DNA of 64,000 bases, taken from Eledone cirrhosa (Eukaryota). A model generated the notes under the pieces. It worked only from the letters and a program-made list of their open reading frames with translations. It did no database searches and was not told where the DNA came from. Each line of letters opens with the position of its first letter. Within the stretch, counting starts at the first letter, position 1. Both the position numbers and the translations under genes were made by a program. The stretch is taken from positions 40,052,001 to 40,116,000 of the forward strand of contig OZ024752.1 of the NCBI GenBank assembly GCA_964016885.1. The letters run 5' to 3'. Shown here one piece after another: positions 1 through 12,904 of this stretch.

Positions 1-194
1 CTCATTTACAGTGAGTGCTGGGTGCTTTTTTTTCCGTGGCACCTCCACGACCACTTTGCAGTGGAATGATAGGGACCCCAGTCCCTATCATCTCATTTCT
101 ACAGCTGAGTAAACTGGAGCAATGTGAAATAAAGTGTCTTGCTCAAGGAAACAACACATCACCCGGTCTGAGAATTGAACTCACAACCTTTCGA

Positions 195-436
195 TTACAT
201 ATATATAATATATACATATATATAATATATACATATATATATATATACATATAATATATATATATACATATAATATATATATATATACATATATATAATA
301 TATACATATATATAATATATACATATAATATATATATATACATATATATACATATATATATACATATATATATACATATATATATACATATATATATACA
401 TATATATATACATGTATATAATATATATATATATAT

Positions 437-478
<42 letters not shown>

Positions 479-1265
479 CATATATATATACATATATATA
501 TAATATATATATACATATAATATATATATACATATATATAATATATATATACATATAATATATATATACATATATATAATATATATATACATATATATAA
601 TATATATATACATATATATAATATATATACATATATATAATATATATATACATATATATAATATATATATACATATATATAATATATATACATATATATA
701 ATATATATATACATATATATAATATATATATACATATATATAATATATATATATAATATATATATACATATATATAATATATATATATATATATACATAT
801 ATATAATATATATATACATATATATAATATATATATACATATATATAATATATATATACATATATATATACATATACATATATATATACATATATACATA
901 TATATACATATATATATACATATATATACATATATATATACATATATATACATAATATATATATACATATATATATACATACATACATATATACATATAT
1001 ATATACATACATATATACATATATATATATACATACATATATATATACATATATATATACATATATATATATACATATAATATATATATATATATACATA
1101 TAATATATATATATATACATATAATATATATATATATACATATAATATATATATATATACATATAATATATATATATATACATATAATATATATATATAT
1201 ACATATAATATATATATACATATAATATATATATATATACATATAATATATATATATATACATAT
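195..1265. repeat. Degenerate (TA)n / TACA / TAA microsatellite
   Basis: Direct inspection. Confidence 0.95.
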
Positions 1266-1266
1266 A

Positions 1267-1912
1267 ATACGATATTAAACAAATGGAAACTATATTTATA
1301 AAACCATATTTATTTTATTATACATATTTCAGGGATACCATATTAAAAATATGGCATGCCTTCTTCAGATAAAATACAATATATAAGCAGTTTTATAAAT
1401 AAATTTGACGTACCATAAAATATTTATCAACTTCCATTTAAAAAAGTTGGTTTGGTAGTGAAATGTTTGTAAATATTTAGTGTTAAGCACAGTTAGAAAG
1501 AAAGACGGAGAGAAGGAATAAATGTATGTAAAGAAAAACCGAGAGAGATATGGGAGAGAGAAATAGTGTTTTTCTTTACATACATTTATTCCTTCTCTCC
1601 TTCTTTCTTTCTAACACTAAATATTTACAAACATTTCACTACCAAACCAACTTTTTTAAATGGAAGTTGATCAATATTTTATGGTACGTCAAATTTATTT
1701 ATAAAACTGCTTATATATTGTATTTTATCTGAAGAAGGCATGCCATATTTTTAATATGGTATCCCTGAAATATGTATAATGAAATAAATATGGTTTTATA
1801 AATATAGTTTCCATTTGTTTAATATCGTATATCTACTCCAAAACTTGTTGAGTGTTTTATATCAGTTATAAAATATTTACTCGTAACCCAACAATTTTAA
1901 ATAAAACTTTTG
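1267..1912. mobile_element. Palindromic Penelope-like non-autonomous element in a TA tract
   Basis: Inverted arms of about 270 bp (1267-1539 / 1568-1830) plus unpaired tail; relatives at 53322-53750 and 61298-61465. Confidence 0.65.
1721..1786 (+). ncRNA. Minimal type I hammerhead ribozyme (mirror copy on minus strand 1311-1376)
   Basis: TATTTTAT-CTGAAGA-stem II AGGCATGCCATATT/AATATGGTATCCCT-GAAA-TATGTA-TA-ATGAAATA. Confidence 0.75.
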
Positions 1913-2118
1913 TATACATATAATATATATTTATATATATACATATATAATATATATAACCTATATCACCGTTTTACGTCCGTTCTTCCACACTAGCATG
2001 GGTTAGACGGGTTGTCCTGTTGTGGGCAGTGTCCGGTCGGCTGACCATGCCTTGCTCATATGGGAACTGATTCTGGCTTGATTTCTACAGCTGGATGCCC
2101 TTCCTAACACCAACCTCA

Positions 2119-2748
2119 TTTACAGTGAGGACTGGCTGCTTTTTTCCATGGCGCCTACACGTCCACTTTACAGTGGGCTGGGTGCTTTTTTCCATGGCGC
2201 CTACATGTCCACTTTACAGTGAGGACTGGCTGCTTTTTTCCATGGCACCTACATGTCCACTTTACAGTGAGGACTGGCTGCTTTTTTTCATGGCGCTTAC
2301 ACGTCCACTTTACAGTGAGGACTGGCTGCTTTTTTCCATGGCGCCTACAAGTCCACTTTACAGTGAGGACTGGCTGCTTTTTTTCATGGCGCCTACACGT
2401 CCACTTTACAGTGAGGACTGGCTGCTTTTTTCCATGGCGCCTACACGTCCACTTTACAGTGAGGACTGGCTGCTTTTTTCCATGGCACCTACACGTCCAC
2501 TTTACAGTGAGGACTGGCTGCTTTTTTCCATGGCGTCTACACGTCCACTTTACAGTGAGGACTGGCTGCTTTTTTCCATGGCGCCTACAAGTCCACTTTA
2601 CAGTGAGGACTGGGTGCTTTTTTTTCATGGCGCCTACACGTCCACTTTACAGTGAGGACTGGCTGCTTTTTTCCATGGCGCCTACATGTCCACTTTACAG
2701 TGAGGACTGGGTGCTTTTTTCCATGGCGCCTACACGTCCACTTTGCAG
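2119..2748. repeat. 48-bp minisatellite, about 13 copies, derived from the RTE 3' UTR unit
   Basis: GTCCACTTTACAGTGAGGACTGGCTGCTTTTTTCCATGGCGCCTACAC. Confidence 0.92.
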
Positions 2749-3094
2749 TGGAAGTGAGCACTTTGCAGTGTGTAAATCATTATTTTGTTTTGTTTTATTT
2801 GTCATCATTTACCCTTTGTATTTTTTTTACCGTATTTACCAGCTTTTTGCAAAGTGTCAGTCGTTTATCTCATGTCACACAATGCTTTGTATTAAGTGCA
2901 CTACTAGAAAATTTAAAACATGAATGTATAGTTATGATCATTAAACACACCTCACAATCAAATATTTATAGATTTTTTTAAAAACAAATATATCGAGAAA
3001 AACAAATGAGAATTTTTGTTGTAAAAGAACAGGATTTATTGAAAGGCTTAAGCACAGATATGCAGGTGTTATTGAAAATAAGGCAGTCTTTCTC

Positions 3095-3147
<53 letters not shown>

Positions 3148-4318
3148 TATTGGTATGCTACAAAGACTTCAGAATGTTAAAAACTTAAAGTATCTTCAAG
3201 TTTCACATAAGTCCACAATGTAGAAAAAAAAAAAACAATAATAAGCAACAAAATAAAACAAGATATCTGTATCAATACTATTTCCTTCCAACACACAAAG
3301 TTTACTTTATATTAAATTTGTTGTTTTTATTTTATTTTCATTTCCAACATATCCTGTCCCTACAAGCTAATCGTTTAACATGTACTCAATAACCTATCCC
3401 AACAAGCTAACTGTTTAGGATGCAATTGCTTAAGATTCACATTAGTCGTGCTTACTTATTTAAAACAATTATGAAAATAGTGTCAAACGTGAAAACTGAA
3501 CAAAAAAAAAATTGATATGAAACTTAGTTACAGCAAATATGTCATGACATTTGTAAATAAATATCATTGCATAATCAAGTGGCAATAACATAATAAAAAT
3601 GAGCCTACCACAAACAGCAAAACTTGGACAAAACAGTTACCAGTGGCTCCCTTCCAGCAAACATCTCTTATCCATTGACCCTTGAGCCAGAAATTACTCA
3701 CATTCTTTAAATAAACTTCTTGACTACCTTAACAAAACGTTACCACTTTAAAAGCTATTTACTTGGTTTTAGCTACTTTTGTTCCTGGTAGTGACCACAT
3801 CAGTAGCAATACTGACACACAATTCTTTTGCTTATATTTATACAAAGTGGCAAAAATGACTGTGTTTCTTCAGCAGGTTATTAAAAGGGAAAGAAACAAA
3901 GACATCATGCCACCAAATATTTTAAATATTCACCAAGTTAGATTTTTGCATAAATGTTAACAGATGAGTGGGTAAATTTTGCTCAAATGTCTCACTTTAA
4001 ATTAACAGTCCCATGCAATGCTTGGAGCAAAACTGACAAAAGCATTGCTTGGAACAGTTCGAATACAAGCAAAAGAATAGTGTTTATAAAACAATCTGCC
4101 TTTTTCTTTTCAGAAAGCAACTTTGTCCTTTTAGTGGTAGCAGAGGTTAACTTAGTGATAATATTTGAAAATAAATTATTAGAGCAATGATATTTGTATT
4201 ATTAATTATAATTAATACTATAGAAAATTAAAGCTATATCATTATGAACTTAAGTTTATTTTAATTAACGGAACTCATAACAATAATCACCTTTTTAAAA
4301 AGTGAGCATTAGCAATTT

Positions 4319-4472
4319 TAAAATACACAGATGTTCGCAAATATTGCAGGTGTATAAAAATACACAGATGTTTGCAAATATTGCAGGTGTATAAAAATAC
4401 ACAGATGTTCACAAATATTGCAGGTGTGTAAAAATACACAGAAGTTCACAAATATTGCAGGTGTGTAAAAAT
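4319..4472. repeat. 37-bp tandem repeat x4 downstream of the OGDH stop
   Basis: AAAAATACACAGATGTTCGCAAATATTGCAGGTGTAT. Confidence 0.9.
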
Positions 4473-5591
4473 GTCATGTCAGATATGAAACCAAAGTTAG
4501 TTAATTCTTAATCCTCATAATCAATTAAAACCAACAATTATAAGTAAGGCACAAGAATGATCTTTGTCAATAAATCAAACAGAGCCACAAACTATTAGAA
4601 ACGTGACAACAAAAAGATCAATTCTTGGGAATTTAATTGTAAATTTATGATAGAAATATTACAACTTAGCCATATTCAACTAAAAAATTATGATAAAAGT
4701 TAACTAAAAATAGAATCAACAAAAAAATACGTAATCAAAATATGAGGAATTGATAAAAAACAGTATTGATACAGAAATCAACCTTGAAAAGAAAAAAAAA
4801 TTTTGTTTACTTATATCTTATAATTTATCAGTTAAAATTTACTATAATTTTTACTAATTTATTCCTGGTTAAACAACTCTAATAAATGAAGGTGTTTCTG
4901 TGTTTTATTCCTACATACTGAAAACATTTATACTATGTAGTTTAAATTGTACAAAAACAACATATTATTCTGAAAATCTATAAAACTAGTCAGAACTAAA
5001 AAAAATCTATCTATTCAGAACTAAAAAAAAAAAATAACAAAAGGAAATTTTCTTCTAAGTATTTTTTTTTTCCTTTTCGCACAATTCAAACCGAGTGAAA
5101 TAAATAGAAAAACATTTTTAAAAAAAGACATCAATAAGAAATTTTATAGAAAAACTAGGGGGGTGGGTGTCAGGGAAATAAAGTAATCTAAAGATTTGGC
5201 TATCTCTGAACTAAAATATAGGATAAATATTTGGGTATCTCTAAATAAGTAATGATACAACATTAGAGACAGAACTGAAAGTTCAGATTGTAATAGATAA
5301 GACTTATTTAAATATCTATTTTGTATGAATGAAACTAATAAGAAATATTTCGATTTTTGTAAAGGAGCCAATATGTTAAATTTTCCATTGTAGTAGTGTC
5401 AGAAGAATAGTATTATTGTTACCATCTTTATATTTTATTAAATTGTAATATTACTTTGATAATAGTAAAGGAGAGCAACAGTTCCTTCCATTCACTCCCC
5501 CTCTCTCTCTCTCACACACACACACAGACACAGACACACACACACAGACACACACCAGCATACAGGGGAAACTATTTGACAAGAGAATTTA

Positions 5592-5691
5592 TTATATTGA
5601 CATGGCTTCCTTTAAAAACTGTCCCAGTTCCATGGTATGCATATGTTTGTTACCAGTTGCAGCAGCCGCAGAAGGATAGCGCCCTACATAT
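5592..5691 (-). CDS. OGDH: OGDH terminal coding exon [15 protein letters not shown]...EAMSI*
   Basis: tttttacAG acceptor, TAA at 5594-5592. Confidence 0.93.
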
Positions 5692-6688
5692 CTGTAAAAA
5701 GAAAAAAAAAGGGAATTGAGATGAGTAGATTACAGCCAGTAGCTAATTTTCTCAACACAGTAAAAGGATAGTTTGAAAGAAATAAAATAGAAGTACCATT
5801 AAGGTTTTGTGTATGTACGTATCTGTTTGCGTGTATGTATTTATTTGTTTCTATTACTTCTGTATTGTATTTATTTACTTTGTTCTTAACTCTGTAGCGG
5901 AGATTCATTTGGTCTCCTAGTTAGAATTTTAGTCTACGACTTCTGCTATACCCTTTACGTTGTCTTTGCATGCTATTGTTCTCCACGCTCCACATATGAC
6001 TTATTATCTTCGTTTTTTCGTTCATTGCCAGAGAACGTCTATGCACCACCTAAGAGAACATTAGTCTACAACCTCTTTTATACCTAAACGTGGTTCTGCG
6101 CGTAATTGTTTTTCACCGCTCCTATTAATGACGTATTATTCGTTTTTTCCGTTCTTTGCCAGCGAACATTTCCATGAACCAAAGTATCGTCTTCCCGTCT
6201 TCCTCCGGTTGCAACGTTTTTTGAAATATCCAGTTCTGCGTTTACAGATTGACTTTGTTAGTTTCAGTAGATCCCATTAAGGGTGAAAGCAGCGATTCTT
6301 TGCTTAAAATTTAATCTGTTATTTTAATAAATATTTTCCTTATCGAGCCCTCTTTGGATTTTAGTCTTCAATTTTATTATTATTACTATATATATATATG
6401 TATATATATATATATGTGTGTGTGTACAATATTTTATTACGTAATGCATGCGATTGAACATAGAATTTGCAGTCAGCGCATGTAGACAGATTTTGTACAA
6501 AAACATATGTTAAGGAATGAACTCTCAATAAATTTCTCCTTCTGATCCCTGACTGAATCTCCTTTGACTGTACATAAGCAGGATACAAACACCTCAGCCT
6601 GCTTGAGAGGTCAGTAACCATGCTTCAGTACTGACTTGGTCTATGTAGACATGCCCAATCCTTCTTAGCTGGGAAAGTGGACGTTAAA

Positions 6689-6744
<56 letters not shown>

Positions 6745-9700
6745 ATATAGAAGCACCATGTAAGAAATTATGGTTCAATAATTGTTGAAAACAATTTAAA
6801 ACCCAGACTCCAGTTGGATATCAAACAATCTTTTTACCTAATAACTATTGTAGGACACCTTGGGCGAATTGTGAGTGAATTTGATAGACAAAACTGCAGG
6901 AAGTCTGGATTTGTCCTGTCTATTCTTGAACTCTGTGTGTGTGTATACATATATACATACATAGAGTTTCTCAGATCTTTGAGAATATTTGCATGAATTT
7001 AATGAAAGTCGCATAAGTCATGAAAGGAAAGCTTTATTTGAGAAAGAAATTGGCACGAATAATATTGAGAATCTTCTTGGTGCATCTACTCAATTAATCC
7101 ACCATTAGCATCAATGACTGATTCAATATGATATTGATCATTCAAGATATTGATCAACCTAAAGATTAAGTTTGAAACTGAAATCAAAGGATTTCATTTT
7201 TTTGATAAAATAGATAAGTTGGAAGTTTTTAACCCAAACAGTATAAAAATACAATATTAATAATACTTACTGTACTTCATTTCGACTATTCATTTTCTTC
7301 AGAACAGTACGGAAGCGAGGCTCAGCATAGCCCCATGCTCCCATATTCTTGTGTTCTTCTTGACACCAGACAACTTTGGCTCGAGGGTATTGTGCAATTT
7401 CTTCTTTTACCAAATCAAATGGAAACGGAGAAATCTGAAGAAAAACAAAAACTCAATACAACCAGAATGTTTTTCTTTGAGAAGCCATTTCCTAACATGA
7501 TATACAATTTCTCTATAAATTTTGTAAGATTTAAAACGAAAATGTGATGTTTTTCGAAAAATTGACAAAATAACTTCAAATTTCAATTGAAGCATAACCT
7601 TTCTTATAGCCATTTTTCTTATGTGTTTCAATTAATTTTGAAAACAATTCAAACTTTGGAGGGATTTAGTAAAATAATTTTGTCATTATTAAGCCAATGT
7701 TCTTACTCCCAGGTCTCAAATAATGGGGGGGGGGGGTTTCTAGATTGTCTCCATTGATTTTTTTTTTAAGAACCAGAATTAGTTGTTTAGTTTGCATATT
7801 GAAACTCCAACCCATCCTATTTATTTTATAACGTATGGGATTTCTAGTAATGTACTTCTTGTAATGTATAATGTTATTTTAATGTTTAAAGAAAATTGTC
7901 GTATGGAAAGCTACCACTTAAAATAAAATTTCGCCGGAGACAGATTAACAAAATTTGATAAGCGTGCGGGGTAAAAGGGGGTCTGAAAAATTAATAAGTG
8001 GGGGACAATTATTTTGGACCTGGGAGTACATGAAATTATGAAGGAGGGTTTATCCCAAACCAGAAGCAGTCTCAGGCAAGTTAACATGGAAAGGGTTGAA
8101 AATAAAGTAAAAGAAAAGGGAGAAGAAATGAGTAAACAAACCTGTTCTACTCTGGCAATTGCAATTTTATCCACCAGTTTCAACTTCTCCCGTTCTTTTA
8201 ATAGTTCGTAGTAGACTTTGCCACTACAAAAAATAAGTTTCTTTACATCACGAGCATTGTTCACAGCAAGTCCATCTTCTTTAATGATACGCTGGAATGC
8301 TGTGTTGTCGGTCATCAGGTCAAAGCTAGATCGGGCTTCAGGTAGACGTAATAAACTCTTTGGAGTCATGATAATAAGCTAGAAAGGTAAGTGAAATCAT
8401 ATCAAAAACAACTGAGTTCTTCAGAATTTAGACAATGCCACCATTCTCAACAACTTGGAAATAAACTTAACCCTTTAGTATTTACATTACTCTATATATA
8501 CTATTGTATTTTTATGGTAAAGGCTTTATCTTAAATAATTGTTTCTATTTTAGGCACAAGGCCAGCAATTACCCAGTACATTACTGGTACTTTATTTTAA
8601 ATAATTATCTCACATACTATCAAATTTACGAGATTATGATATTATTTGTTTTGAGAATACCTTAAATCAGTATGAGTGGCTGGTTACAGCCGGTTTGAGC
8701 AGAAAGAGGTAAGAGAATTCTGGCTGGATACGGCCGGTTAAAATGCTAAAGGGTTAAACATTGTATATCAACATCATTTACATTACATTATTCATCATCA
8801 TTTACATTATTCTATATTTACTATTGTATTTTCACCATAAATACTTTATCTCACATAATACCGAATCAATGAGAATTTGATATTATTTATTTTAACAACA
8901 ATACCTTAACGTAAGTATGAGCGGACAGGTACAGCCAGTTTGAACAGAAAGAGGTGAGAGAGTTCTAGACGGCTACGGCCAGTTTAAATGCTAAAAAGTT
9001 AAGCGGACTCAGATGCCTTTGATAACAGTCTTTCAAAAGACAGCCAACTGAACCTATACCAAATGCTGAATTCAATAGGTTTCCAAGAGACGGCAACCTG
9101 AATAGATCAGCTTTTTGTCCTAGAAATTTTTTTTCTTTCTGCAACTGCTCACTCTTCTCCTCTATCTTTTTAGTTCTTTAATTTCACATTCTAATTTCTG
9201 ATGAAGGACTGGTATCCAAAACGTCAAGATTCTTTTCCTACTATATCAAGTGTAAAACTAATATATTTCTTCATTGTACTGTGTCATTTGCTTTGTTATT
9301 TCTGTTTACATTTTGCAGACTCATACTATCCCTCTTAAGATTATTGCCCCAAATTAGGTAAACAAAAATTTGAAAAGAAAAAAAATGTATAAAAAATCTT
9401 ACAGGTTTCCGAAAAGGAAGAGCAATTTGTCTTCTCAGTACATGGAATAAGTTGGCAGGTGTGGTACAATAACAAACAAACCAGTTGATCTCATGTAGTT
9501 GTTGCATTTCAAAACTTGAACTTTCAGGCTGTAAATATTACCAGAAATTATTTCTATTAGACATGATGACTAATATGTTCTAATACAAACAAAATGTTGA
9601 TTCAGGTCAATACTTCAACCTCCTAATGAATGTTTTGTATTAGTTTACACTTACATAAGACAAGGATTCAGTGGGAATGAGATGGAACAGATTAGATTAA

Positions 9701-10625
9701 CCCATGTTGATACTGTCCTGAAACAGACCCTGGTTTTATGATACAGAACTGATAGTTTTAAAGTGTTTATATTTATCTAAAAAGCTTCCACCAGCAAATT
9801 GGAAGACTTGTTAGAATGTCAGATAGAATTCAAAATAGGAATTGGAATCATATTCAGTTTAGTTAATTGAAATATATGAGTCTAAGGTAGCAGTTGCCAA
9901 CCGGTGGTCCAAGAGAAAATGTTGGTGGCCCACAGAAATGTATATATCTTTTATGTATATATCTTTTATGTATATATCTTTTATGTATATATCTTTTTCT
10001 TTTAATTTATATTAGTGGCCTGCGGGATTTAAAATTATGAGTTTAGTGGTCTATCAGGTCTGAAAGGTTGGCGACCACTGGTCTAAAGAACAAAACATTA
10101 GCTTGAGAGAGAGGGGGTGGGGTCTACTCTGAAGACTTGCTGTTCAGCTCTCCTGAGAGTTTCTTACCACTATCACTGGAATGCAAATACTGGTGAAAAA
10201 AATTTCAACCTACAAGTAGTATTTTAAAGAATCACTATCAAATAAAGTGATTGACTTACAGGATAAAATTCAGGATCATCATTTGACATTTGCAAAAACC
10301 TTTCCAGACGAGCACTTGAATGTTCAGGGCCCTGAAGATAAGAATATAAAAAGATGAAAATATGTTTCAAAAGAGTATGCTAATGAAGAATAAAATAGGT
10401 TTTAAAAATATCACCTTAACAAGTCAATGTCATGTAACTAATAATTGCTTATTTGAAGCAGAAATAAGTTATTTGATAAAATACAATTCCTTTCTAAATG
10501 TCAATAGAGTCAATATAAATAATTCCTGATATTATCTCAATTCCTCCTCACTTGTTATAAGCATTGGTTGAGTATATTACCATATATATTCAAATATAAG
10601 CTGAGGAATATGTGAGGAAAAAAGG

Positions 10626-10660
<35 letters not shown>

Positions 10661-12185
10661 ATGGTAAAATGGTGAAGGGGTTAGCTTATATACATTATCT
10701 AAACAATGTGTTGATTACCTGCCTCAACTTATAAAATGAGGCTTGGATTTTTGCCCATTTCTCAAACTTAAAATAAGGTGGGAGGTTGGCTTATATTCAA
10801 GTATATGCAATATATCTGACGGCTTATAACATAACCATCATATTTCAACTATAAAAGGTTGCTGACTCTCTACAAGGAATAAGTGTGATATATAAGTACT
10901 ACTCATATATAAGGGAAATATCAGCTATTATAACGAAAGTTCTAGATTCCATTAAAAAAAAAAAAAAAATCACACATTCATAAAATTACCGTATATACTC
11001 ATGTAAACGTCAAATCTTTTAGACGATTTTGTAACAGTGATATTTCGACATACAGGATGATACCTTGATCCACAAATTTTGACCTGTTATCTGAAATACT
11101 TGGGCTGACATATGAGGTCTATGGTAAATTCCAGATTTTTTTTACCATAAATAGGGAGTCAACTTTTACATGAGTATATATGGTATATATTTATTGTTAA
11201 AGAGGAGGAGATAAAAGTGATACATACCATTCCTTCATAACCATGTGGCAAAAGCATTACTAAACCACTTTGTCGCACCCATTTTGCTTGACCACTTGAA
11301 ATGAATTGATCAATAATACACTGGGCAGTATTGTGAAAGTCTCCAAATTGAGCTTCCCAAATAACTAAAGAATTTGGGTTTGTCATTGAGTATCCAAGTT
11401 CAAAACCTGTTTAGAATTAAAGAAACAAGAATTAAAATTTTAAATTGTATTCTCACTATTATAATTTCTGGAGTAAAATATAAGTAATAAAATAATAGAA
11501 AATCATGAAAAACATCTAAAAAGAAAACTTTCTAAACATAAAATATGAATTATTTCCTGCCAGACCAAATGAAAATGATATTTAAATAAAAATATCTATT
11601 TATTTTTGCAATGATAGAGAGCTTTTTCCTTCGCATGGACATTATATTTATATATATATATCATCATCATCATCATCACCATTTTACGTCCGTTCTTCCA
11701 CGCTAGCATGGGTTAGACGGGTTGTCCTGTTGTGAGCAGTGTCTGGTCGGCTGACCATGCCTTGCTCATACAGGAACTGATTTGGCTTGATTTCTACAGC
11801 TGGATGCCCTTCCTAACACCAACCTCATTTACAGTAAGTGCTGGGTGCTTTTTCGTGGCGCCTACACGTCCACTTTACAGTGTGGGCTGGGTGCTTTTTT
11901 GCCGTGGCATCTCCACGACCACTTTACAGTGTGGGCTGGGTGCTTTTTTGCCGTAGAACCTCCACGACCACCTTGCAGTGGGGGGTGTGGGGGCATATTG
12001 TCTATATGCTTCAGCTTGTACCCATGGGAGGTCGGGTACTCTGTATTACTGCGGGACGCCAGAGGTCACGGTCGTGTGTCATCGCCTTTGAGCGGTGTAA
12101 TTGGGTAAGGTCGGCTTTTATCACCTCATCCCAGGTCACCCCACTCCGCGGTTTCCATCGACTTCTAGTGCTCTGCACCTTTTTT

Positions 12186-12246
<61 letters not shown>

Positions 12247-12861
12247 TGTAAGAAGAGACGAACACAGATATATAGCTATATATGTTCACCTTCTGGCAGT
12301 CTCTGTCCCTTGTGATTTGAACACATATCTGTGTTCGTCTCTCCTTACAGTATTATAGGGCTTTGAAAAATTTTCCTCCTTGAGATATTTTAATTATAGA
12401 GGGCTTTTGTGAGTTTTTAACTCAATATATACTTTATATGTATATATATATATATATGTAGGAGGTGAGTTTTATTGTAGTACAATAAAGCAATGCAGAT
12501 ATCGGATAAGAAGCACTCTACAGTTTGTACGACTGGAGTATACATAATATATAAGATCAAAAGATGGTTAAAAGAGTTCCATGTATTTTATTATGCGCAT
12601 TTCAAAAACAAATATCATCATGCAATAATATTTGTGTTTTCATCAGATAAAATAGGAAGACATGATATGAAGGTTAAAAAACACTTGTGAATAGTGCAGT
12701 TTTATGTTGATTTAAAACTGCACTATTCACAAGTGTTTTTTAACCTTCATATCATGTCTTCCTATTTTATCTGATGAAAACACAAATGTTATTGCATGAT
12801 GATATTTGTTTTTGAAATGCGCATAATAAAATACATGGAACTCTTTTAACCATCTTTTGAT

Positions 12862-12904
<43 letters not shown>

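Noticed and set aside
143-1282. Long Y/I/M/C-rich ORFs (also 57801-59748 and 61753-62320)
   Set aside because: Translations of TA-rich microsatellites that lack stops by composition.
2095-2981. CRISPR-like regular array and repetitive ORFs
   Set aside because: Contiguous tandem units with no unique spacers, no cas genes, eukaryotic context; unit derives from a LINE tail.
6255-6310. Hammerhead in the repeat shared with 56794-56915
   Set aside because: A stem and GAAA are present but the core reads CAGTAGA rather than CTGANGA; too degenerate to call.
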